Positions 39,400-47,722 of a stretch of DNA of 64,000 nucleotides are shown here, piece by piece. Position 1 is the first letter of the stretch. Each line of letters opens with the position of its first letter. The translations under genes were made by a program, and so were the position numbers. The DNA is from Oscillospiraceae bacterium (GTDB lineage: Bacteria > Bacillota_I > Bacilli_A > Erysipelotrichales > Erysipelotrichaceae): positions 16,806 to 80,805 of the forward strand of contig CAVKAO010000002.1 in the NCBI GenBank assembly GCA_963654705.1, given 5' to 3'. The notes under the pieces are model-generated. The model saw only the letters and a program-made list of their open reading frames with translations. It was not told where the DNA came from and searched no databases.

Positions 39400-39477
39400 T
39401 GGGGCGATTGATGGGACTCGAACCCACGAATGCCAGAGCCACAATCTGGTGTGTTAACCAACTTCACCACAACCGCC
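39400..39477 (-). tRNA. tRNA-His (anticodon GTG) with encoded G-1 and CCA
   Basis: Hand-folded as G-1, acceptor GCGGTTG/CAATCGC, anticodon stem CCAGA/TCTGG with loop TTGTGGC, T-arm GTGGG-TTCGAGT-CCCAT, discriminator C and CCA. Confidence 0.9.
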
Positions 39478-39533
39478 ACATGCTTTACTATTTTACTTTA
39501 TTATTTTTTAAAAGTAAATAGTAAATACACTAG

Positions 39534-40229
39534 TTAGCCTTGCTTCTTGTCTTCAAGCTCTTTCTTTTTATAATGTAAGATGCCAAAATAGCCAATGACA
39601 GAAGTAACAAGCGCACCAATACAATCAATAATTAGATCGTCCATTGTATCTTGAAGAGCCAATCTTCCTATTAAATCAGTTCCATCTTCAAGTCTAAATT
39701 TTTGCATGTTTAATCCAAGTATGCCATCAAATGAGAATTCATATATTTCCCATAAAACGCCAATAGAAATCGCAAAGCAAAAAGCAAACAGGGCCACAAA
39801 GAATGGCGATAATTGAAGCTTAACAGTATCACTCTTGTTTAAAAAATTAACTACATCAAAACCTAATGATCCAAGCATTCCAGCTGAAAAAGCATGTAAT
39901 ACTGTATCCCAATGTTCAAAGCGATAATAAAACGATCTAACTTCGCCTAGTACTATTGCCGCATATAAAAATATCAAATAGGCAATAATTGTATTAGAAG
40001 GAATAGTTACATGAAACTTCTTGTATAAAAAACTTGGAAGGTTCATAGCTATAATACCCAATATACATTGTAGAAGCATCAAGACATAATCACTTTTTTG
40101 TCTTGTAAGTGTATTAACATCTTCGCTTGGCGCTCTTACTATCATTACAATCGAATAAATAATCGATATAATAAAGGCCGCAAGCACGAAATAATACAAA
40201 TTTTTTGTTTTAATTATTTTTTTCTTCAT
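39534..40229 (-). CDS. polytopic membrane protein, YjdF/DUF2238-like
   Basis: 231 aa with about 6 TM helices. The family assignment is from memory only. Confidence 0.4.
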   Translation of the reverse strand: MKKKIIKTKNLYYFVLAAFIISIIYSIVMIVRAPSEDVNTLTRQKSDYVLMLLQCILGIIAMNLPSFLYKKFHVTIPSNTIIAYLIFLYAAIVLGEVRSFYYRFEHWDTVLHAFSAGMLGSLGFDVVNFLNKSDTVKLQLSPFFVALFAFCFAISIGVLWEIYEFSFDGILGLNMQKFRLEDGTDLIGRLALQDTMDDLIIDCIGALVTSVIGYFGILHYKKKELEDKKQG

Positions 40230-40250
40230 AACCTTATTATAGCGGTATTT

Positions 40251-40871
40251 TTAGGAAAATATTGAATAATACTCTGCCAAAAAATCAACAATGCTTTCTT
40301 TTTCTTCGTCAGTTAAAGTTCTTTCAGTTGCATCATGTCCATCAACAGTACCAGTATGGAAGTAAACAAGTTCACCATCCTTAACAAACAATAAAATTGG
40401 AACATAAGTCACTTTATCTTCATCTAAATAATCATAAATAAAATTATAGATTGTCTCAAATTCAGGATAGTTAAAGTTGTCATCATCATCCTTATATCTT
40501 AAGTCATTTTCTTTTGTACCATCTGGTCTAACATTTAAGGCATAAGTCATATTTAAAAGATCTTCTTTATCCTTTAAATAATCACTTACAATAGGACCAA
40601 GTTCCTTACACCAAGGGCACGCATCAAAGTACATATATAAGACAAATGTTTCCTTATTTTTAATCTTAAAAGCCGCATCACTTAAACTAATTTGATTATT
40701 TGCAATTAGATAACTAGCCTTATCTTCTTCATCACAAGTTTCAAGCCCACAAGCATTTGAACCTGATTCTTCAGAGTTAGTTTTCTCATCAGTTCTATCT
40801 TCAATAATTTCTTTATTTTGACAACCCACAAACATAAACAACACAAGTAATATTAATAATATTTTTTTCAT
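40251..40871 (-). CDS. thioredoxin-fold lipoprotein with CPWC active site
   Basis: It has a lipobox (LFMFVGC) and the CxxC motif DACPWCKELGP. Confidence 0.7.
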   Translation of the reverse strand: MKKILLILLVLFMFVGCQNKEIIEDRTDEKTNSEESGSNACGLETCDEEDKASYLIANNQISLSDAAFKIKNKETFVLYMYFDACPWCKELGPIVSDYLKDKEDLLNMTYALNVRPDGTKENDLRYKDDDDNFNYPEFETIYNFIYDYLDEDKVTYVPILLFVKDGELVYFHTGTVDGHDATERTLTDEEKESIVDFLAEYYSIFS

Positions 40872-41389
40872 TATTTCTTCTCCTTAATCTTTGCTGGAAC
40901 ACCAACTGCTGTAGCAAAATTTGGCACATCCTTTAAGACAACGGCATTAGCGCCAATATTAGCACCCATACCAATTGTAATATTTCCTAGCACTTTAGCG
41001 CCACAACCAATTGTAACATTGTTCATAATTGTTGGATGCCTTTTCCCTTTTTCACTACCTACACCGCCTAGTGTAACCCCATGAAACATTTTAACATCAT
41101 CGCCAATAATACTGGTTTCGCCAATTACCACTCCCATTCCATGATCTATAAATAATCCTTTTCCGATTTTAGCACCAGGATGTATTTCGATCCCGGTGAA
41201 AAATCTAGATAATTGTGATAATAATCTTGCTAAGAAAAAGAAATGAATATTATAGAAAAAATGTGCTATTCGATATACAAAGATAGCGTGAATACTAGGA
41301 TATAAGAGAATTATACTAAGTACATTTGTACTTGCGGGATCGCTTTTCTTAATATTCTCTACTTGTCTTTTAATATCACTAAATATCAT
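40871..41389 (-). CDS. cysE: serine O-acetyltransferase
   Basis: N-terminal DPA...YPS.HAI..YRIAH region followed by left-handed beta-helix hexapeptide repeats. It lies next to cysK. Confidence 0.85.
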   Translation of the reverse strand: MIFSDIKRQVENIKKSDPASTNVLSIILLYPSIHAIFVYRIAHFFYNIHFFFLARLLSQLSRFFTGIEIHPGAKIGKGLFIDHGMGVVIGETSIIGDDVKMFHGVTLGGVGSEKGKRHPTIMNNVTIGCGAKVLGNITIGMGANIGANAVVLKDVPNFATAVGVPAKIKEKK

Positions 41390-41390
41390 A

Positions 41391-42317
41391 TTAATTAAAT
41401 AAGTCTAATGACAAATATCTATTACCTGTATCAGGTAAAATAACTACAATAGTTTTGCCGAAGTTCTCTTCCTTTTCAGCTAATTTCTTTGCAGCATAAA
41501 TAGCTGCACCACTTGAAATACCAACTAAAATACCTTCGCTATGAGCGATTTGTTTAGTGGTCAAAAAGGCATCCTCATTACTTACAGTGATGATTTCATC
41601 ATATATCTTAGTATCTAAAGTATTAGGAACAAAACCAGCTCCAATACCTTGAATCTTATGGGCACCAGCTACACCCTTACTTAAAACTGGAGAGCTTTCA
41701 GGTTCTACACCTACAACCTTAATATCTTTAATCTTTTCTTTTAAAAATTTGCCAGTACCACTAATTGTTCCACCAGTACCAATTCCAGAAACTAAAATAT
41801 CAACCTTGCCATCACTGTCTGCATAAATTTCAGGTCCAGTAGTTTCATAATGAGCCTTAGGGTTAGCCATATTTTCAAATTGGCCAGCAATTATAGAATT
41901 GCCAATTTGTTCCTTTAGTTCATTAGCCTTAGCAATAGCCCCCTTCATGCCCTTTGCACCTTCGGTTAAAATAACTTCTGCACCATATGCCTTCATTAAA
42001 GCAATTCTTTCTTTAGACATAGTCTCAGGCATTGTAATAATTAATTTATAGCCTCGACTAGCCGCAATCATTGCCAAACCAATTCCAGTATTACCGCTAG
42101 TTGGCTCAATAATTGTAGAACCAGGCTTCAATAAACCTTTTTCTTCATAGTCATCAATAATAGCTCTAGCAATACGATCTTTTACAGAACCACCAGGATT
42201 AAAATATTCTAGTTTGCCAACAATATGAGCTTTAATATTCTCTTGATTTTCATACTTTACAAATTCAACTAGTGGAGTATGACCAACTAGCTCACTTACA
42301 TTTTGTTTAATATTCAT
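41391..42317 (-). CDS. cysK: cysteine synthase A (O-acetylserine sulfhydrylase)
   Basis: PLP-lysine motif GGSVKDR, with GNTG and GTGGT loops. I trimmed the start to an ATG after the AGGAGG SD. The adjacent ATG at 42320 is equally possible. Confidence 0.9.
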   Translation of the reverse strand: MNIKQNVSELVGHTPLVEFVKYENQENIKAHIVGKLEYFNPGGSVKDRIARAIIDDYEEKGLLKPGSTIIEPTSGNTGIGLAMIAASRGYKLIITMPETMSKERIALMKAYGAEVILTEGAKGMKGAIAKANELKEQIGNSIIAGQFENMANPKAHYETTGPEIYADSDGKVDILVSGIGTGGTISGTGKFLKEKIKDIKVVGVEPESSPVLSKGVAGAHKIQGIGAGFVPNTLDTKIYDEIITVSNEDAFLTTKQIAHSEGILVGISSGAAIYAAKKLAEKEENFGKTIVVILPDTGNRYLSLDLFN

Positions 42318-42335
42318 CATTAACCCTCCTATAAA

Positions 42336-42440
42336 CAAAAAAAGGAATCTTCTTATCGAAGATTCCTAATGTAACACAATCAAAAAGCCGACAAGAAAAT
42401 TGTTATATTCGCATACCCCTCTTACAGCAACAACAATTTC
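42336..42440 (-). promoter_or_regulatory. three-helix transcription attenuator controlling cysK-cysE
   Basis: Three mutually exclusive pairings. Helix 1:2 is 42440-42430 with 42406-42396. The antiterminator is 42401-42388 with 42359-42346. The terminator is 42367-42358 with 42352-42343, followed by a T-run. Confidence 0.75.
42343..42367 (-). terminator. attenuator terminator AGGAATCTTC-GATAA-GAAGATTCCT plus T-run
   Basis: 10 perfect bp, a 5-nt loop and a run of T. It lies in the cysK 5' UTR just upstream of the SD. Confidence 0.8.
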
Positions 42441-42459
42441 TTAATGCAAAACTTTTCAT
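42403..42459 (-). CDS. cysteine leader peptide MKSFALRNCCCCKRGMRI
   Basis: My own translation. Four consecutive Cys codons TGT TGT TGC TGT occupy 42435-42424. It is embedded in the attenuator upstream of cysK. Confidence 0.75.
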   Translation of the reverse strand: MKSFALRNCCCCKRGMRI

Positions 42460-42465
42460 ACCACT

Positions 42466-42493
42466 AATATATCACTTTCAAAATTAATGTAAA
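42466..42493 (-). promoter_or_regulatory. candidate promoter TTTACA-16 nt-TATATT for the Cys leader
   Basis: The -10 ends 6 nt before the leader ATG, which implies a leaderless leader-peptide mRNA. Confidence 0.45.
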
Positions 42494-42499
42494 CAATTA

Positions 42500-43093
42500 T
42501 TATTCATATTTTGGCGAAATCTTATCTAGTAAGCCACTCTTCTTTAATCTAGGATATAGTGCGATATAAAGCAAAGAAGCGATAATAACAGCCAAAATTG
42601 CATTTACCGCAGTAGTTACAAATTTAGCTACAGCCAAGTATTTTACTGCCTTTTCCCCATTTCCTAAAATTACTAAATAATAAACATAAGAGAATAATGG
42701 TTCGCCAATACAGTTAAATAACATGCCAGCACCACTACTTAAAAAAGCAGCCTTTCTTAAATCTTTACCTGTCTTATTATTAATTTTTAATACTTTATGA
42801 GCTACAAGACCAGTTATAATACCGATACCTAATTTCAAAATGATTGTTTTAGGCGCTATTGTGATATAAACAGGATCTAATAAATCACCTACTCCCATGC
42901 CTATAGCTCCTGCTATACCACCAGGTAAGCCACCCAATAGTAAGGCTGCAAGTACACAAAATGTGTTTCCCAAATGAAATGAAGTATAACCAACTGGAGT
43001 TGGAATCTTTATTTGTAAAAAAGTAAAGGCCACATAACATAAGGCAGCCATTAAAGCTGTTATTGATAGTTTTAATACCGTTTTATCTTTCAT
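42500..43093 (-). CDS. ECF transporter substrate-specific (S) component, substrate unknown (possibly a B6 vitamer)
   Basis: About 197 aa, 6 TM helices and Gly-rich helices typical of S components. I trimmed the start to the ATG 6 nt after GGAGGG. It is divergent from a MocR/PdxR-like regulator. Confidence 0.65.
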   Translation of the reverse strand: MKDKTVLKLSITALMAALCYVAFTFLQIKIPTPVGYTSFHLGNTFCVLAALLLGGLPGGIAGAIGMGVGDLLDPVYITIAPKTIILKLGIGIITGLVAHKVLKINNKTGKDLRKAAFLSSGAGMLFNCIGEPLFSYVYYLVILGNGEKAVKYLAVAKFVTTAVNAILAVIIASLLYIALYPRLKKSGLLDKISPKYE

Positions 43094-43168
43094 ATACATC
43101 CCTCCAAAACAAAATTAGTATATAATCATATTGGCTATATTAAAATAACCAGATTTGAATAAATTTAT

Positions 43169-44533
43169 ATGACCAGATTAAAAGATCAGATACTATATTT
43201 AAACATCTATCAAGAATATGTAAATAAGATTAAAGGCGGTCTACTTAAAGCCAATGATAAATTGCCTAGTAAGCGAAACCTTGCGGATATTAAAAATGTT
43301 TCTTTAATCACAATTGAAAAAGCCTATGAGCAATTACTTCAAGAAGGCTATATCTATTCAATCGAAAAGAAGGGCTATTTCGTATCTAAAATAGATATTA
43401 TAAAAACAAACAAGGAAAATAAAACAATATTAGAAGACAAGAGAAAAAAATATCAAATTGATTTTACTAGCACTTCTAGTGGTAGTGATGTCTTCCCTTT
43501 TTCAACGTGGTCAAAAATAACTAGAAAAGTTATTTCTAGCTATTCTAATGAATTATTATCACCATGTAACTATAAAGGACATGATTCCTTAAGAAAGGCC
43601 ATTGCCCAACATTTAAATAGCTATTTAGGAATGAATGTATCTTATAGTCAAATAATTATATCAAGTGGCTCAGAAAGCTTATATTCGCAACTCATCAATC
43701 TTTTAGGAAGAGATAAAAGCTTTGCCCTAGAAGATCCAGGGCACAAAAGTATTGCCAATACATATAAAGAATACGATGTAAATTACAACTATATCCCCCT
43801 AGATGAACAAGGTATAAGAATAGATATCCTAAATAAAGTTAAACCAAACGTTATTCATGTATCAACTAATCATCATTATCCAAGCGGCATCACTATGCCT
43901 ATTAAAAGACGATATGAACTTTTAAGATATGCCTATGATAATGATGCGATTATCATTGAGGATGACTATGACATTGAATTAAGGCTTAAGGGAAAACCTA
44001 TTTTACCGCTATATTCTTTAGATGATAGTCATGTTATATACATGAATACCTTCTCCATTACTCTAGCACCATCATTTAGAATAGCTTATATGATATTGCC
44101 AGAAAAACTACTTCAATCATATGAAAAAAGGATGGCCAATATAGCTTGTACAGTTCCTGTACTAGATCAATTAATACTAGCTGATTTTATTAAAGAAGGT
44201 TACTTTGAAAGACTGTTAAATCGCAAGAAAAAGAAATATCGTGAAATTAGAGAAGAACTTTTAAATAGTTTAAAAGAAAACAAAGATATTGAAATAAAAG
44301 AAGCTGACATGGGCTTACATTTGCTTATTAAATACCCTTATAAAATTAGCGATAAAAAAGTAGAAGAAATCGCCAAAGTAATGAATATAAAAATATATAC
44401 CTTATCTCGTTTTTTAAATAAAGAAAAAGATACTCATACTCTTTTAATCAAGTATACAAGTATCGATAAAAATAATTTAGATGAAGCAATCAAACAATTA
44501 AATAGACTATTAAATAAGATTAAAACTATTTAA
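43169..44533 (+). CDS. MocR/PdxR-type regulator (GntR wHTH fused to a fold-type I aminotransferase-like domain)
   Basis: It has an N-terminal GntR HTH (LPSKRNLADIKNVSLITIEKAYEQLLQEGYIYS) and a 350-aa aminotransferase-like C-terminus. Confidence 0.8.
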   Translation: MTRLKDQILYLNIYQEYVNKIKGGLLKANDKLPSKRNLADIKNVSLITIEKAYEQLLQEGYIYSIEKKGYFVSKIDIIKTNKENKTILEDKRKKYQIDFTSTSSGSDVFPFSTWSKITRKVISSYSNELLSPCNYKGHDSLRKAIAQHLNSYLGMNVSYSQIIISSGSESLYSQLINLLGRDKSFALEDPGHKSIANTYKEYDVNYNYIPLDEQGIRIDILNKVKPNVIHVSTNHHYPSGITMPIKRRYELLRYAYDNDAIIIEDDYDIELRLKGKPILPLYSLDDSHVIYMNTFSITLAPSFRIAYMILPEKLLQSYEKRMANIACTVPVLDQLILADFIKEGYFERLLNRKKKKYREIREELLNSLKENKDIEIKEADMGLHLLIKYPYKISDKKVEEIAKVMNIKIYTLSRFLNKEKDTHTLLIKYTSIDKNNLDEAIKQLNRLLNKIKTI

Positions 44534-44927
44534 GCTTTAATTTTTCAATTAGTGCTTCTTGTAAGACGTTAGAGAAATTCACATTATTTTTAATGGCAAC
44601 ATCATTTAGCCATTCAGGAATACTTAGTGTTTTCTTAATAGCTTTATTTTTATACTTTTTGCCATACTCAAGAGAATCATATTCTACAACTAGTACTAAA
44701 GCATCCCCATTATTTTTAATTACATCAAACACATTAGATGGTTTATTAATAACTCTATCACATATATCATCGCTTTTATCTAGATACATTCCCAATGCCT
44801 CTTTGGCATTATTAAAGGCATCTTGTAAATCATTACCTCTTGTAAAACAGCCTTCTAAATCCGGAAATTCTACCCAACAAGAACCATTTTCATCATGAAA
44901 TACTGCAGGATAATAAATCAAAGACAT
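44526..44927 (-). CDS. hicB: HicB-family antitoxin (no hicA partner present)
   Basis: It has an N-terminal HicB fold (YPAVFHDENGSCWVEFPDLEGCFTRGNDLQDAFNNAKEAL) and a C-terminal RHH-like tail. I trimmed the start to the ATG after an AAAGGAG SD. Confidence 0.7.
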   Translation of the reverse strand: MSLIYYPAVFHDENGSCWVEFPDLEGCFTRGNDLQDAFNNAKEALGMYLDKSDDICDRVINKPSNVFDVIKNNGDALVLVVEYDSLEYGKKYKNKAIKKTLSIPEWLNDVAIKNNVNFSNVLQEALIEKLKLK

Positions 44928-44992
44928 ATATACTCCTTTAATAACGCCCACATTATAATACATAATATTATGTATTGCTTAAGAATATTCTG

Positions 44993-45214
44993 CTAACCAG
45001 AGTTAACCAACCAATCAATAAAGTCCATATCTTGATAGCCTAAAACAGGAACTGTGAAATGATTTGCATCATCATATATAGTGATATTTGCCTTGGCTCC
45101 TTTTTCCTTTAAAAGTGCGATTGCCTGTTTTGTAGAATTGGGATTAATTATGGTATCCTTTTTATCTACAAAAACGCATATTTTATCATTACTTAAGGCG
45201 CTTATATAAGACAT
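44993..45214 (-). pseudogene. probable C-terminal remnant of an alpha/beta-hydrolase gene
   Basis: The 73-aa ORF resembles only the last strand-helix-His part of esterase or dienelactone-hydrolase folds (VFVDKKDTII...ITIYDDANHF). The upstream frame is broken by stops. Confidence 0.35.
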
Positions 45215-45276
45215 TTTTTATTAACATTTTTTTGATGTTATTAAAACACATGCAACATGCTTCTTCAAATAAAAAA

Positions 45277-45298
45277 AGGTTGAGCATAAACCCAACCT
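45277..45298 (-). terminator. intrinsic terminator after nfnB
   Basis: Minus strand reads AGGTTG-10-nt loop-CAACCT followed by seven T. Confidence 0.7.
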
Positions 45299-45324
45299 CT
45301 TAGAGTTTTAATATATTTTTAAGT

Positions 45325-46728
45325 TTATTTACTTAAATATTCATCAATTGATTTAGCAGCTAACTTACCAGCGCCCATAGCTGAAATAACGGTTGCAGCA
45401 CCAGTTACGGCATCACCACCAGCATATACCTTATCCTTAGTAGTCTTGCCATTATCATCAACGATGATGCCACCCTTCTTAGTAACTTCCAAACCACTTG
45501 TAGTAGATTTAATCAAAGGATTAGGCGTAGTACCAATAGAGATAACAACAGTATCAACCTCTAGTTCAAATTCAGAGCCAGGAATTTCAACTGGTCTTCT
45601 TCTACCACTCGCATCAGGTTCACCAAGTTCCATCTTGATACATCTAATACCTGTTACAAAGTTATTCTTAGGATCTCTAGGATCATCAGGATTATGATAA
45701 CCAAGGATTTCAACTGGATTATTTAATAATCTAAAGTCAATTCCTTCTTCCATTGCATGTTCAACCTCTTCTTTTCTTGCAGGAAGTTCTTCTAAAGAAC
45801 GTCTATAGATTACATAAACCTTTTCAGCACCAAGTCTTAAAGCCGTTCTAGCTGCATCCATCGCAACATTACCACCACCAACGATCGCAACCTTGCCACC
45901 TTTCATAATAGGCGTTACAGGATCTTCATTGTAGGCCTTCATAAGATTTGATCTAGTTAAGAATTCATTAGCTGAATAAACACTATTTAATGATTCACCA
46001 GGAATATTCATAAATGAAGGTAAACCTGCACCAGAACCAATATAAACAGCTTCATATTCGTCTAATAATTCATCTACGGTAATTGATTTACCAATAACAA
46101 CATTAGTATCAATAGTTACGCCTAGATTAATTAAATTATCAACTTCTTTTTGCACAATTGACTTAGGAAGTCTAAATTCTGGAATACCATAAACAAGTAC
46201 GCCACCTGCTGTATGTAAAGCCTCAAAGATTGTAACCTCATAACCCTTCTTAGCTAAATCGCCAGCACAAGTCAAACCACTTGGCCCAGATCCTACAACA
46301 GCTACTTTATGACCATTACTTTCAGGTTTAACAGCTTTGTGTTCATGTGCCAAATGATAATCTGCAACATATCTTTCAAGTCTACCAATACCTACTGGTT
46401 CGCCCTTTATGCCTCTAACACACTTAGATTCACATTGGGTTTCTTGTGGACAAACTCTACCACATACAGCAGGTAAAGAAGAAGATAAGGAAATAACATT
46501 ATAAGCACCCTCATAATCCTTTTCTTTAATCTTAGAAATAAATTCAGGAATATGAATATTAACAGGACAACCTTCTACACATCTTGGATTTCTACAATTT
46601 AAGCATCTTTCAGCTTCATCAAGAGCAATTTCTTCAGTATAACCTAAAGTAACTTCTTTAAAATTATGACCTCTTTCAATTGGATCTTGAATAGGCATTG
46701 GATTTTTTTCTAATTTCATATTAGGCAT
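45325..46728 (-). CDS. nfnB: NADH-dependent reduced ferredoxin:NADP+ oxidoreductase large subunit (GltD/NfnB-like)
   Basis: Two Cys clusters (CLNCRNPRCVEGCP and CGRVCPQETQCESKC) and two dinucleotide folds (VAVVGSGPSG and VAIVGGGNVAMD). Confidence 0.75.
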   Translation of the reverse strand: MPNMKLEKNPMPIQDPIERGHNFKEVTLGYTEEIALDEAERCLNCRNPRCVEGCPVNIHIPEFISKIKEKDYEGAYNVISLSSSLPAVCGRVCPQETQCESKCVRGIKGEPVGIGRLERYVADYHLAHEHKAVKPESNGHKVAVVGSGPSGLTCAGDLAKKGYEVTIFEALHTAGGVLVYGIPEFRLPKSIVQKEVDNLINLGVTIDTNVVIGKSITVDELLDEYEAVYIGSGAGLPSFMNIPGESLNSVYSANEFLTRSNLMKAYNEDPVTPIMKGGKVAIVGGGNVAMDAARTALRLGAEKVYVIYRRSLEELPARKEEVEHAMEEGIDFRLLNNPVEILGYHNPDDPRDPKNNFVTGIRCIKMELGEPDASGRRRPVEIPGSEFELEVDTVVISIGTTPNPLIKSTTSGLEVTKKGGIIVDDNGKTTKDKVYAGGDAVTGAATVISAMGAGKLAAKSIDEYLSK

Positions 46729-46733
46729 AACTA

Positions 46734-47585
46734 TTAAGCTCCCTTCTTAAATAAGTTACATGCTTCATCATATTTATGTCTTTCAAAAGCAGAATACATC
46801 CTACCTCTAGACATAGCCTCATCAAAGTCAACTTCATAGCCATTAAAATCAGGACCATCGACACATGCAAACTTAGTAACTTTTTTACCATCAACATTTA
46901 GTGTTAAACGACAACCGCCACACATACCAGTACCATCAATCATAATTGGGTTCATCGAAACATCAACAGGAACATTAAATTCCTTACATGTTAAAACAAC
47001 AAACTTCATCATGATAAGTGGTCCAATAGTGATTACTTTATCAAAGTGTCTGCCATTTTCTAACATTTCTTTTAAAGGAACAGTTACATTACCATGTCTA
47101 CCATATGAGCCATCATCACTCATAACGATTAATTCATCACTAGTTTCCTTAAATTCATCTTCAAGAATTAATAAATCCTTATTTCTGAAACCGATGATGC
47201 TAGTAACATTACATCCAGCTTTTTTAAGTGCCTTAGCAACCGGTAAGGCAATTGCACAACCTACACCACCACCTACAACACAAACATCTTTTAATCCTTC
47301 AACTTCTGTTGGAACACCAAGCGGGCCAACAAAGTCATGTAACTCTTCTCCTACTTTCTTTTGATCAAGCTCCAAAGTAGTAGCGCCAACAATCTGATAA
47401 ATAATTGTTACAGCACCTGTTTCAGGATTAGAATCAGCGATAGTTAAAGGGATTCTCTCGCCTGTTTCAGATACTCTTAAGATAATAAATTGGCCAGCTT
47501 TTGCTTTTCTGGCAACAAATGGTGCTTCTACCGTCATTCTTGAAACAGTAGGATTCAATGAATCTTTTGCTAAAATCTTATACAT
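46734..47585 (-). CDS. nfnA: NfnA-like FAD/NAD-binding 2Fe-2S subunit
   Basis: 283 aa with a ferredoxin-reductase-type fold and C-terminal GTGMCGGCR...ACVDGP cluster ligands. It lies immediately upstream of nfnB. Confidence 0.7.
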   Translation of the reverse strand: MYKILAKDSLNPTVSRMTVEAPFVARKAKAGQFIILRVSETGERIPLTIADSNPETGAVTIIYQIVGATTLELDQKKVGEELHDFVGPLGVPTEVEGLKDVCVVGGGVGCAIALPVAKALKKAGCNVTSIIGFRNKDLLILEDEFKETSDELIVMSDDGSYGRHGNVTVPLKEMLENGRHFDKVITIGPLIMMKFVVLTCKEFNVPVDVSMNPIMIDGTGMCGGCRLTLNVDGKKVTKFACVDGPDFNGYEVDFDEAMSRGRMYSAFERHKYDEACNLFKKGA

Positions 47586-47702
47586 TTGCTTTCTCCTTAA
47601 GTGCCAATCTTAATCTTATAAAAGTTCCCATATATTAACTTTAATAAAATCAAAATTTCACAAGTTCATTTTATCATTATCATAAAAAAATAACATAAAT
47701 AA

Positions 47703-47722
47703 AAAGTAGATTGCTCTACTTT
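47703..47722 (-). terminator. terminator overlapping the stop of the nucleosidase-like gene
   Basis: Minus strand reads AAAGTAGA-GCAA-TCTACTTT followed by a T-rich tract. Confidence 0.6.

Noticed and set aside
35494-39477. Integrated mobile element or prophage remnant at the tRNA-His
   Set aside because: I could find no integrase, recombinase or transposase ORF on either strand, and no direct repeat of the tRNA 3' end by eye. Only the SOS cassette itself hints at mobility, so it is kept as a low-key remark in a finding.
42339-42499. Cys T-box or S-box/SAM riboswitch upstream of cysK
   Set aside because: The leader is only about 120 nt from the putative start to the terminator. I found no T-box sequence (AGGGTGGNACCGCG-like) and no SAM-I core motifs. 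The leader-peptide attenuator explains all the helices. A covariance-model scan is still advisable.
44928-45324. A hidden hicA toxin gene beside hicB
   Set aside because: No 50-90-aa ORF with HicA-like features appears in any frame. The only ORF is the hydrolase-like fragment.
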